Source of the DNA: Trichoplax sp. H2
Taxonomy: Eukaryota
Direction of reading: 5' to 3'
Length of the DNA: 64,000 nucleotides
Assembly (NCBI GenBank): GCA_003344405.1
Contig: NOWV01000026.1
Location: forward strand, 558,001-622,000
Shown here: in pieces, positions 29,101 through 42,200 of the stretch
Layout of the letters: each line of letters starts with the position of its first letter
Position numbering within the stretch: the first letter of the stretch is position 1
Translations under genes and position numbers: made by a program
Notes under the pieces: model-generated
The model's database searches: none
Told to the model about the DNA's origin: nothing
Seen by the model: the letters and a program-made list of their open reading frames with translations, nothing else

Positions 29101-32100
29101 AGGCGTATGTAGCTACAAATTGCAGTTTTTTATATCTCGAAGACTTTACATATTATGTCAAATAGTATCAACTATATATTAAGGTAGTTCGTTAAGCATT
29201 TCAGGAGAAAAGAATTATCGTGCCCTGATTATAACATTTGTAGTACTCGTTCGTCTTAAATGGTATACATTACGCTTTTGATACTATAATATGTTCTTAA
29301 TTATTTATAAATCAGGGTTGCCTATTTTATCATTAAGGAGCGAGAGAGTGGTTACTGTATTGTATTATACTCTCATTCCTGGTTAATTAATTATTTACCA
29401 TTTCTAACTATATCTTTTATCGTTATAATCAAATTTTGGACATATCGAAGATCAGTTGTTACTTTTGTTCATGTTGTAATATATAAATTAGTGAATAAGA
29501 TATTTAACGGATTCATTTTCTTATATCATCGTATTTTAGTTCTCCAAATGGATTGCTAGCCTATATGGGAACAGCAACTAGTGATTTCTTAACTGTATAC
29601 CTACAAGACGGCAAGGTTAATGTTGAATTTAATATGATTGGCACAGACGTAGCTTCAGCGAGAAGAAATACATCTTTAACGTACAATGATAGACGATGGC
29701 ACCGAGTTACTGTCAATCGTGGATTAGGAACCAACGACAATAACTGTGTTCAAATGATAGTTGGTAGTGAAATAGTGCCAACAACTTGTTTTACCAAACC
29801 AGGTCAGTTGATGGATAATTCTCCTGGATGTATTTTCGATTAGCTATCTTCCTATTCAATACTGATATTAGATATTGATACTTGAGCTCTTTCCAAATAA
29901 TATTCTTGGCTAAGATTAGACATTTCTATCTGGATAACTAAATTGAGTAATAAAATACAACTTACTATGCCTTAGAAGCTAAGAAATAAATAGTAATTAA
30001 TTCTTAGCTTATGAAAAGTTTTATAGTTATGAATATCATTTACCTGTATCTAATAGCTAGCGCCGTAATTTCTCTAAGGTATCAAGATGTCTTTATGGAA
30101 TGATCTGTAAATAACAATTAGATCGATTTACTACCTGAACGAATAGAATTAACCTTATCTTATTCTTGGTCAATTTGATAGGAGCTGATGTACCACCTTA
30201 CTTCTTATCTGTGTCTGGTTATTTACAAATTGGTGGTTTACCGCCGACATTACCTTCGCCGAGTAACTTCCCCGGTATTGCTCGTACTAATTCTTTGCTA
30301 GGTTGTATACGTGATGTCCGATTTAGCGATACTGCTGAACCGCTGTTATTATTAAGTTTAAATAATGATTCCGTAGCAGAAGCTAACGTCCAACACGGCA
30401 GTTGCTTTACTAACGCTATTTGTGAGCCTAGTTGCCCTTATCCAGAACAATCATGTAATTTTACATGCTCATGTGCTCCTGGTTTCTCTTTAAATTCAAC
30501 CCAGCCCGAATTAAACTGCACTAATATCGATGAATGCTCACTTTACCAACCTTGTCAAAATGGCGCTACTTGCGTCGATGGCATCAACGATTATACATGC
30601 GTTTGCGGCGAACTATTTAACAAGGGGAAAAACTGCACTATACAAAACAATTGTTTGCCCAATAATCCGTGCCAATCGAATTCAACCTGTCAAGACAACT
30701 TAACTAATTATACTTGTCTATGTACTCCAGGTTACACCGGTGTAATTTGTTCACAAGATATTAACGATTGTCTACCGAATCCATGCCTAAATGATGGTAC
30801 ATGCGTTGATGCTGTTAATAGCTTTACGTGTTCATGTAATAGAGCCTGGACAGGTAATACCTGCGAAGTTAACGTTAACGAATGTGCATCAAATCCTTGT
30901 TTAAGTCGTGGAAATTGCACAGATTATATTGATGGTTATGTATGTGGATGTTATGCTGGTTTTGCTGGTACAAATTGTGAGACAAATGTCAATGAATGTG
31001 TCTCTAATCCATGCATTAATGGTGCAACGTGTGTCGATCAAATTAATGATTACATCTGCAATTGTCTACTTGGTTTTACTGGTAAGCAATGCCAATCTAA
31101 TCTTGATGATTGTTTAGCGGGCTATTGCCAAAATGGTGCCACATGTGTTGATGGTATCAATAGTTATCAATGTAATTGCGCTTCTGGTTGGGATGGTGTT
31201 AACTGTACCATTAACATAAATGAATGTAATTCATCACCGTGCCTTAATGGCGGTAGTTGCACCGACGACATTAATGGCTATCAATGTAGTTGTGCATCTG
31301 GTTTTACTGGTACTTTATGTGCTACTGATATCGATGAATGTATATCAGATCCTTGCCTAAATAATGGCACATGTGTCGACCAACCTAATGGCTTTCGTTG
31401 TAATTGCATGTCAGCCTATACTGGTATAATATGTAATGGCGATGTTAATGAATGCACTTCTTCACCTTGTCGTAATGGAGCTGTTTGCGAAGATCGTTTA
31501 GGTGATTATTTTTGTAAATGTCCTCCTGGCTATACTGGTAAAGAATGCCAAACCAATATCAATGAATGCACAAGTAATCCGTGTCTTAATGGTGCAACAT
31601 GCTTTGATGCCATCAACGGCTATGTATGCCAATGTTCAAATGGATATACCGGCACAACTTGTCAAAGCGACATTAATGAATGCGCTAGCTCCCCATGCAG
31701 TAATGGTGGCACATGTAATAATATGTTAAATGCATTTAATTGTACATGTGCACCTGGTTACACAGGTTTACTATGTACAAATGATATTAACGAATGTATG
31801 TCATCCCCATGCATGAATAATGGTACTTGTTTAGATCAAGTTAATGGATATGCCTGTAATTGTGCGCCTGGATATAACGATACTTTATGCCAAAATAACA
31901 TCAATGAATGTGTATCTAATCCATGCCAAAATGGCGCTACTTGTATCGACGGTGTTAACGGCTATGTGTGCTCATGTGCTTCTGGCTATAATGGTAGCTA
32001 CTGTGAAAACGATATAAACGAATGTAATTTGTTACAACCATGCAAAAATCAAGGTAATTGTACTGATCTACCCAACGACTATCTATGTAATTGCACAAGT

Positions 32101-35100
32101 TTTTACCAAGGTAAAAACTGTACGGAAGACATTAATGAATGTTTAACGGCTAATCCTTGCGTCCACGATCCACAAGGATGTATTAATACCATTGGTAATT
32201 ACCGATGTCAGTGTCAACCAGGCTATACCGGTAAAAACTGCGATGTCAATATCAATGAATGCCAACCTAATCCTTGCTTCCGTAGTAATTGCACCGATTT
32301 AGTAAGCAATTATTATTGCAACTGCAGTGTTGGTTACACTGGTCAAGATTGCCGTGCTATCATTGATCCATGCTTTAATCAGCCTTGTGTCAACGGAGCA
32401 ACATGCCAATTAATTAGCTTTTTCAATCGAACATTTGAATGCAGTTGTCCATCAGGCTTCAATGGGACGTTTTGTCAAAATGATATTAATGAGTGCTTAG
32501 CCAACCCATGCCTAAATAAAGGTAATTGCACAAATCTTAACGGATCCTATGAATGTTCATGTCTAGCTGGATTTACTGGGCTAACGTGTGAAACCGACTT
32601 AAACGAATGCGCTAATCAACCATGTCAAAATAATGGCACATGTATCCAAGGTGTTAATTCATTTGAATGCCAGTGTCCACTTGGTTATAATGGAACAACT
32701 TGTAATCAAGAAATTAATGAATGTTTACCTAATCCATGTAATGGTACTGATAAACCGATATGTATTGATTTAATTGGCAACTACAGTTGTGTTTGTCCCG
32801 CAGGCTATACTGGTAGTAATTGTACAACGAATATCAATGAATGTGGTAGTAATCCTTGCCAAAACGGTGCAACATGTTCCGATAGTATATTAGGCTATAC
32901 TTGCACTTGTCCACCTGGCTTTACGTCGATACATTGTGAAGTTAGTATTGATGAATGTGCGTCTAGTCCATGTTTAGAAAATGGAACATGTGTCGATTTA
33001 ACAAATGCGTACCGATGCGATTGTATACGTGGATTTATTGGTACTAACTGTGAAGCTAAAATATTTATGTGTTTTCCTGATCCTTGTAATGGTCAGACAT
33101 GCATCGACGGTATTAACAGGTAAGTTACATGCAGTTACACATAGAACCATCATCAATCTAATAGGATAGCTTTGTTACTTTGAGATTTTAATGAAAGAGT
33201 GGGTATTAGATTGAAATATTTATCTGTAATATTGATACTAATTTATTTTATTTTAAAATTTGATGAAAAGTAAAATATACAAGTAGATGTATAATTTGAA
33301 TAGCTTACATCCCTACTTGTACTTCCTGACCTACTTGTCACATCAACTTGTAAATATAGATAACTTCAGTTTAGCAGTATGTGCTCTAAGCCTTATGCCA
33401 AATATCCCTATTAGGCTGTTAACAGACATGACGCAGAAAAATCTTTAAATTGAAAATGTCGTATGTTTTACTTGATTTATTTAGATATACTTGCGTATGC
33501 GAACGTGGTTATACCGGTCGTAATTGTACTGAATCAATTGTTGATTGCAACTCGGCTCCATGTCAGAATGGTGGCTCTTGCAATTTCGATACTACCACAC
33601 AGATATTTAGCTGCAGTTGCCCAACCGGTTGGAACGGTACTACTTGTAATGAAGACGTTCATGAATGCCTCCAATTCCCTAATTTGTGTAATGCAACAAG
33701 TAGCCTGTCATATTGTAATAACACTCCAGGTGGATACCAATGCATCTGTCAATCCGGTTATAATGGAACTTTCTGTGACCAAGAATTGAATGAATGCCAA
33801 CTCTATTCGCCATGCATGAATGGTGCTACATGTACCGATGAGATTAATGATTATAATTGCTCTTGTGTAGCAGGTTATACTGGTAAAAACTGCTCTTCCA
33901 ATATAGATGAATGCGCATCTAATCCGTGTAGAAATGGCGGTAGCTGTACGGATTCAATCAATTCGTATCAATGCAACTGTGCTATTGGATATACAGGCAT
34001 CAATTGTGAAACTGAAATTAACGAATGTCTATCATCGCCATGCCAAAATGGAGCAACATGCACTGATCTAGTTGGAGATTACAGTTGTGCTTGCACAGTA
34101 GGATTTACTAGTAAAAACTGTGAGATTATGATCACGGCAACGTTTAGAAATGATCAATCATATCTGGATGCCGGATTAGTGTTAAATAATAGACAAAAAG
34201 GCTGGATCACTTTCCGGTTTAGAACCTCAGTTGCAGACGGAATACTCATGTATAATGGCGATGTAAGCGAGCAATAATTAATTTTTACTTTTTTAAGAGC
34301 GATGAAAATATTATTGATTTACGGTTTATTACCGTACTTATAACGTTATTCATTTTTATTTAGGTAAATACTCAATCACCACCTATCCATCTAGCGGCTG
34401 AGTTAAATGGTGGATCTCTTCGAGTAACATATAACGTTGGTTCTAATACTGTTGTCTCTACCATTGCAGCTAACTTGAATGATAGTAATTATCATAACGT
34501 TAATATTAGTTTTGAAAGTGAAACTGTGGTCTCGACTGTAAGTCAGACCACCTGTGCTGGATCAATTTGTCGTGCGACAGCGACTGCCAATACAGTCAAT
34601 AGCACATTTAATTTGGATGAACATTTATATATTGGCGGTGTTATTAATATTGCCGCTACAACACAAGCAAGAAGGAGAAAGCGAGCTACTCAATACTACA
34701 ACGACGTCTTTTTAACTAATCAAAGCTTTATTGGATGCATGGACAATCTCGTAGCTAATGATCGACAATTATCATTTCAAAGTCGAACAACAGGTGATAG
34801 TCGGCGACCATCGCCTGGTTGTCAACGTGTTAATACCTGCAATTCATCTCCGTGTATCAATCAAGGTACTTGCACTGATCGTTGGATAGCTTATACATGT
34901 AGCTGTGTCAGTGGTTGGTATGGTCAAAATTGCGAAATTCAAGTAGATACATGTAATAATAACAATTGTTCATCTCCTGGCACACAACAATGTGTCGATA
35001 TCACAACTGGCTATCGATGTGATTGTAACGCCGGTTATACTGGTAGCCGTTGCGAAACTGATATCAATAACTGTATTCCTGATCTTTGCCAAAATGGTGG

Positions 35101-37282
35101 CCAATGCGTCGATAGAGTAGGCTATTTTATTTGTAACTGTACTGGTATTGGCTATTCTGGGCCATTGTGCGAGATCGATATTAATGAATGTTCATCATCA
35201 CCTTGTCTTAACGGAGGAACATGCTCTGAAAGTTCAACAAATTCTTCAATTACAGTTACTGGACCAGGATATAGGTGTGCATGCCCAACTGGCTACACAG
35301 GTAACAATTGCCAGGTCAATATTGATGATTGTGCATCAAATCCATGTCAGAATGGAGCAACATGTACTGATCTTGTTAATGATTTCCGATGTGGATGTAT
35401 AATCGGTTACACCGGTAAGCAATGCCAAACAAATATCGACGACTGTTTATCCTTACCGTGCCAGAATAACGGTACGTGTATCGATTTAGTCGCAAGTTAT
35501 CGCTGTGATTGTCCATCTGGCTACAACGATACATTGTGTCAAAATAAGCAAACGCATTGCTTACAAAATTACTGCTTAAATGGTGGAATATGCCATAATG
35601 AAACCCATTCTATCCAGCCAAATTGTACTTGTCGATTAGGTTTTATAGGTAATTTATGTGAAACCAACATTGATGAATGCCAATCGACACCATGTCTTAA
35701 TAATGCAACATGTCGTGACGCTGTTAACGGTTATATCTGTGAATGTATACAAGGCTTTAATGGTACAATATGTGAGAATGATATTAATGAATGTGCAATA
35801 GCGCGTTGTTCAAATGGTGGTACATGCAATAATTTAATTAACAATTATACATGCAGTTGTAATCCTGGATATACTGGTCGTGATTGCCAAATTAATATCA
35901 ATGAATGTGGTGGAGTAATTTGTCAAAATGGTGGAACATGTATTGACGGTGTTAATAATTATCAGTGCCGCTGTCGTAATGGCTTTACCGGTCAACATTG
36001 TGAAACTAATATAAATGAATGTGCATCGAATCCATGCCGTAATCAGGGAACCTGTGTCGATTTAGTTCTAGGATATCGCTGTAATTGCCTGAACGGATAT
36101 ACTGGTGTGCACTGTGGCAGTGACATACGCGGTTGCAGCTCAGGACCATGTCTAAATCAGGCAACTTGCCGTCCATCAGTTGGAGGTGGATTCGGTTATA
36201 CTTGCAGTTGTACACCTGGCTACACTGGCGACTTTTGCCAGACTAATATTGATGAATGTCAATCCATTGCATGTGCTAACAATGGTACATGTATTGATCT
36301 AGTCAATGCCTATCGTTGCCAATGTATAAATGGTTTTACTGGTGGACTGTGTCAAACATTTACTACGGCGTGTACTTCTAGTCCTTGTCTAAATAGTGCA
36401 ACTTGTGTAACATCTGGATGTAATTGCGATAACATCGACAGTCAGCTCTGCAACGCTAATGATCTTCAGTGCACAGCCATTGCCTGTTACAACACGACGA
36501 CATGCCCTAACGGATTTGATCTCTATGATTGTAATTGTGGCAATAACGGCTATACGGGTACCAATTGTGAGCTAGATATTAACGAATGTACAACTGGTAA
36601 CACTGCAAGATGCGGAAATGGTGGTCAATGTATTAATACCCCTGGCTCATTCACATGTAATTGTTCATCAACTGGCTATACTGGGCAATTTTGTCAGCAA
36701 GATATTGACGAATGTACAACGCTATCACCATGCAACGCTGCTAATAGCATTAATTGTACCAATTTACCTGGCAACTATAGGTGTTTCTGTCGTCCTGGTT
36801 TCACCGGCCGCTTTTGTCAGACTGATATTAATTATTGCATTAACCAGCCATGTCTCAACAGTGGCGCCTGCATTGAAATTAATGCTGGTTACCAATGCGA
36901 TTGCACTGGAACTGGTTTCGAAGGGCCTCTTTGCAATATTGAAATTAACGAATGTAATAGTACCGCTAACCAATGCGCTAATGGATCAACATGCATTGAT
37001 CTATTGCTAGGCTACAACTGCTCATGTACAAGCCAATATACAGGGAGATACTGCCAGGATTTAATTATAGGAGCAACTGTTGCACCTGTTAGTGTTGATG
37101 CTGTTGCTATTGCTGTACCAATCCTATTAGTTATTATTATTATCGTCGTAGCTATAGTTATCTTCCGATTCTATTACAAACCTCGAGCCAGAAAAGCAAC
37201 TGGTAAATACCGACCGAGAGAAACCGAACAAGGCTCACCAATGTCAACATTAGAATCAGAAGGCGCTGATAGGCTTATTTAA
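26127..37282 (+). CDS. Crumbs-family protein A: signal peptide, 2 LamG, ~29 EGF, LamG, ~18 EGF, TM, short tail ending DRLI
   Basis: Exons about 26127-26184, 26445-26695, 27665-27865, 28505-28755, 29540-29802, 30182-33120, 33485-34263 and 34364-37282. LamG motifs (IAFRFR...GMLLY, LYVGG, ITFRFRTSVADGILMY, LYIGG...FIGCM); many calcium-binding EGF repeats (DINEC..PC.NGG.C); TM AVAIAVPILLVIIIIVVAIVIF; tail GKYRP..E...ADRLI. Confidence 0.88.
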
Positions 37283-39298
37283 TTGTAAAATAAAGTATGT
37301 AGACTCATATCGTATTTAAATAACAATATGAAACACATATGTCTGAAAGCAATTAGAAAACTGATTCTTGTCCTGATATACAGTACGTATAATATGTATA
37401 TATGATGCAATATATGTATTCATATATATCTATCTCTATAACTATTTGAAGATATATGATAAGAAATAGTTAGCATTTTGAAATCTTAGCTTCAGTTAGA
37501 TTAGATTTAGACAACAACTTCCTCTATTTGTACTGTAGCTCTTAATGGTTCAAATTTTACTATGGAAGCAACAAATTAATAGACAAAATTCCTATAAATA
37601 GGTAAAAAAAAATAAATGTTTGAAATTTGAGATTTTTGCCTGCTATAGTACAGTACTTTTAATTTGACGTTCATGAATAGTGAATTGCGTCAGTTTGTTT
37701 ATAGCCTTTATGATCAACGAAGATTTCTTCTATTACGTAATACTATCCATTTATCTAAGACAGTAGATTTATATATTTTAGAAAGCTTTTTATGCTGACA
37801 AACTTAATGATATGTAATACCTTAAAAATGAAAGGTATTTCTTCTTCTTATTCTCTAATATTGAATGCTATTTATTTGATTAGAACCTTTATTAATTATT
37901 AAATAAATAAATACGATAATAGATTTAGAAAACTACAATGCAAAGTCCAATTTTATTGAGAACCGTTATCATCATGTATGAACATTTTATTTTGTTACGT
38001 ACTCTCTTCAAAGTTGTAGAAAAAATAATAGGCAAACTATTTTGACTATTTAAATCTTTCATCCCAAACCGATAACTTACTGTAATTGATGCCTTAAGTA
38101 TAGGAGCCACTAATGCTCACACAGTTTAGACTTCATAAATAATCCTTTTAAAAACACTAATGTCTAATGAAAACAAAATGAAGAAGTTGATAAGTTGCTA
38201 GATGATAAAAGAGTACGGAATATTCCAGTATTAAATAACTTACGATAAACTAGCTAATATAAATTTGTATAGGGTACCATATTGATATTGTATCAAATGA
38301 AACTCTAGCCGACACAATCTGTTGCTTTTGCAATAGAGGTTAATTTTTAGACTTTTCTTTCAAATAACGAAAGGACCGATCAGTTTTATTTAGAATCATA
38401 ATCATATTATCCATAACGGCGATACTTAATACGATATTTAAAACCTTTATTGTCATATTCGAACCTCCATTTTTAGGATGAGATAGCTTAATGGCCAGAT
38501 CATTTAACCCAGACAATCTGGCCACAAAATAATGAAGATACCTATTTTTTAATTCTTCGTATTATTAAACACTAGTAAATCACAAGTATGAATTCTGAAA
38601 ATGCTTAATAAATTTACCACAACATAAGAAAATTTTTAAAACCGAAAAACATGTGATATTGCCTATCTCTCTTAGGACATCATAATTTTGATTTTAATCT
38701 GTTGTAACAGACAATCTTAGATGGTTAAAATGCCTTACCGTAAGTAAAAAAGTGTTATGTGTAAAGAAATATTAGTATTACAGTAATTTAAAACTGAGTT
38801 AGCAATGTAAAAATATCTGTTTCATACAAATGTAATATGTGTTTCCTATTATTATTCTTCGAAAATAACAGCGAATTATTATCCGCGGATAGAATGAGAA
38901 GATTGCCCAACATACATAATCATCACATACGAGAATTATAGAAATTTTAATTATCATCGTCAAGTTTAGATTATAGATAAATACAGTAATACAAAAATAC
39001 CATAAACCAAATTAATGAAATTAAGCATGGATATCGATGACGGAAATAAGATGACAGACAGTAATTGAAATATTTATGCTTGGCAATAATATATACTGTT
39101 AAAGAAACAGCCAGAATTGAAGACCAGTGACAGTACAAGAGCGTGTAATAGCTATAAACTGACTAGATGATTAAAAATTTAGATTATTTCCAGATGAAGT
39201 GCATAACCTTAGATCTCAATTATGAATAGTATAAATACAAACATATATGTATATGTTATATACATATTTATATAAGTAGCTTCTTCCATCTAAATGGT

Positions 39299-42200
39299 TT
39301 AAATCAAACGTTCTCTAGGTGGTAATTTGCTCATGTCAGCCATATGAAATCGTCCAAATTCCTCTTGCTTACTAGGATTAAATCGGCCCTGTTTTGCACG
39401 ATTCTTTATAACAACGTAGACAACAATAATGATTACAATTAAAATAAAACCAGTTACTCCCATTGCAATGCCAATAGTAGCGCCTACGTCTAAACCACCT
39501 GTAGTAGTAGTGGTAGTTGGAGTTGAAGTGGTTGGTGGTATACATATATAAGAACCATTGGTATTGTTGCATTGTGCTTCTGCAGAGCATACTGCTGGAA
39601 GTCTTGTACATTCATTAATATCGCTTTGACATAGTCTACCTTCCCATCCTGTTTTACAGGTGCAGTTATAGCCATCAAGGCAGCTAGGATCAGATTTACA
39701 TAGTATGCATGTACCACTATTAAAACACGGCGAATTTGCAGTGCAGATATTGAATTCTGTACAGTTCTGACCAAAATAGTTACTTTCACAAGAGCAATTA
39801 TAACTACTATCATTAGCATGAAAGTTACAGGTACTATTTTGGCATGGCTTATAGTATTGGCAAGTATTTTGACTGCAGTTTTTATTATGATAGCCTTGGG
39901 CACATTTACATGTGTACGAACCTATCGTATTATTACAAGCTGCACCATTTTGACATGGTCCAGCTCCTCCAGCACACTCATCAATATCCTGACCACAATT
40001 TTGACCGGTATATCCACTATTACAGGCGCAACTATAACTACCTATCGTATTTGTGCAACTTCCATGAATACACGGATTGTCGTTACATTCATTAATATCT
40101 AATTCACAAGTGGTACCATTATATTCATTAGGACACGAGCAATTATAGCCACCTAAATAAGGATTACATGTTCCATTATTAAGACAAGGAGATGAAATAC
40201 AAAAATTTACCTGCGTTTCACAATTATTTCCGGTATAAACTGATGAACATGTACAATTATAACTAGCAAGTAAATCTGTGCAGGTACCATTATTAGCGCA
40301 TGGATTAGACGCACATTCGTTAATGTTATTTTGACAGCTTGTACCATTGAAACCATTAGGACACGCACAATTAAATAAATTGAATAGATCACTACAGGTG
40401 CCATTATTTTGGCATGGATTAGCATCACATACTCGGTTGCCTTGGCATCCGACCAAAATATTGAGTTGATTAAGAGCAGTAAAGCGATCAGAAGGGTTCG
40501 GTGTATCGCCATTGAGGATATGAATAACTTGATTTTTTACTAATGGTAATAGATGAGAATTTAATCGAATGTTTTCCAAGCAGCCAACCATCCCAAATGG
40601 AAACGTTGGTAATGAATCAAATGGCTGTAGTGCAGTCTTATCGACGTCGCCTATTACAATAAAGTTGCCTAGCTTTTGGACATTTACTTGATTAGCATTA
40701 TTAGTTGTTATAGGCGCCAGTACATTTACGGCTAATGCTGCAGTATTACCATTGACAGTAAATGAAACGTTGTGCCACTGACCATCATTAAACGTAGTTG
40801 TATTTTGTGAAAGTGTGATATTGTCGTTACCAAAATTAAAACGAACATTAACTCCATCCCTCGTAATGCCGAATATTATCCATGTGGAACCGGTGTCACT
40901 ATTTAAAGTCAGTATATTAGCATTTACAGATCTTGAGCGAAATCGGAACTGAATACTTTTCCATAAATCACCAACTAGGTTTAAGTTCGCTAGGTAGTAT
41001 TCAAAGCTGGTTTGCGAACTTAATGTGGCACTTGACTGGCCTATCAGATCAAAAATCACACATTACGTTAGATGACTACGAGAAGTGGATATTAAATTAT
41101 TTCACTCTTATGAAAATATAGTGTACAATTCTGGTTAATTTCTACCTAATAAAACATGTAATATAAATTATTCAGCGTTAATGCTTTCTCAGGTCATAAG
41201 ATAAGGTATTGACTACGACTTTTAGTAAATTTTACAGGAGTTATATTATATTACTTTGCAAATGTAAATCAGTAGTTTCTACTGTAAAGCACTAAAAGCT
41301 GACCTAATATCATCTCAATTATAGAAAGATATCTATTTATCGCAGAAATCTTCAAATTATGCTAATAAAACATCTCATGCAATCTACCTTGTTAGCAATT
41401 TAAGCACATCGCTTAATTCAGCAAAGTGATGTAAGTGACCACTAAATTATAGATACTGTTTCCAGTTACATTGCTTAATCTGTAACTGCTTATTTTTATG
41501 ATAACTTACATTCATATCCGCCTGCAATGTTGATACAGCTGCCGTTATTACACGGATTGTTAGCACAATAATTGATATTGCTGCAATTTTGACCGGAAAT
41601 AAAGTTCGGACATGAACAGCTATATTGGTTAAATAAGTCAATACAAGTGCTATTATTATTACATGGCGACGGCTGGCATACAGAGTTGCCTGTGCAATTT
41701 ATAGTTACGCCTTGCGATGAAATCGGTAATTGATCCAGATTCAGTGTCATAGAATCATCTTGAAAGGCAAACTGACGATTATTAACTTTTATATCTGATA
41801 AGCAACCATGCAACGTTATTGTTTGTGTAATAGCTTCAACTGGTACAAGCAAATTGTTAGCCACGGCACCAACAAAAAATTTCATAGTTGCTATTTTCGA
41901 AATATTGCTTGAAACTGCGGTAGTTAGTTGGCCATCAACAAGTAGAGATAATTGCTGATTTTGGAAGTAAACCTGAACGCTATGAAAAACCGAAACATTT
42001 CCATCTGAAATTGAATTATTTGACTGTAACCGCACAACATTCCCATCCGCACCAAGGTTTGCCATAATATAGCCATTATTTAATTCGACGGAGACGAAAC
42101 TGTTATTCGTATTGGACTTGGTATCATTTGCTCCAAGGTACATGATAAAACTATTTGATTGTCGTGTTCGAATTCTGAATGACAATTGTAACGCTGTTAA

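Noticed and set aside
30166..37282. Notch receptor call for the long EGF arrays
   Set aside because: No LNR, RAM or ankyrin repeats; LamG domains and the short xRLI tail indicate the Crumbs family.
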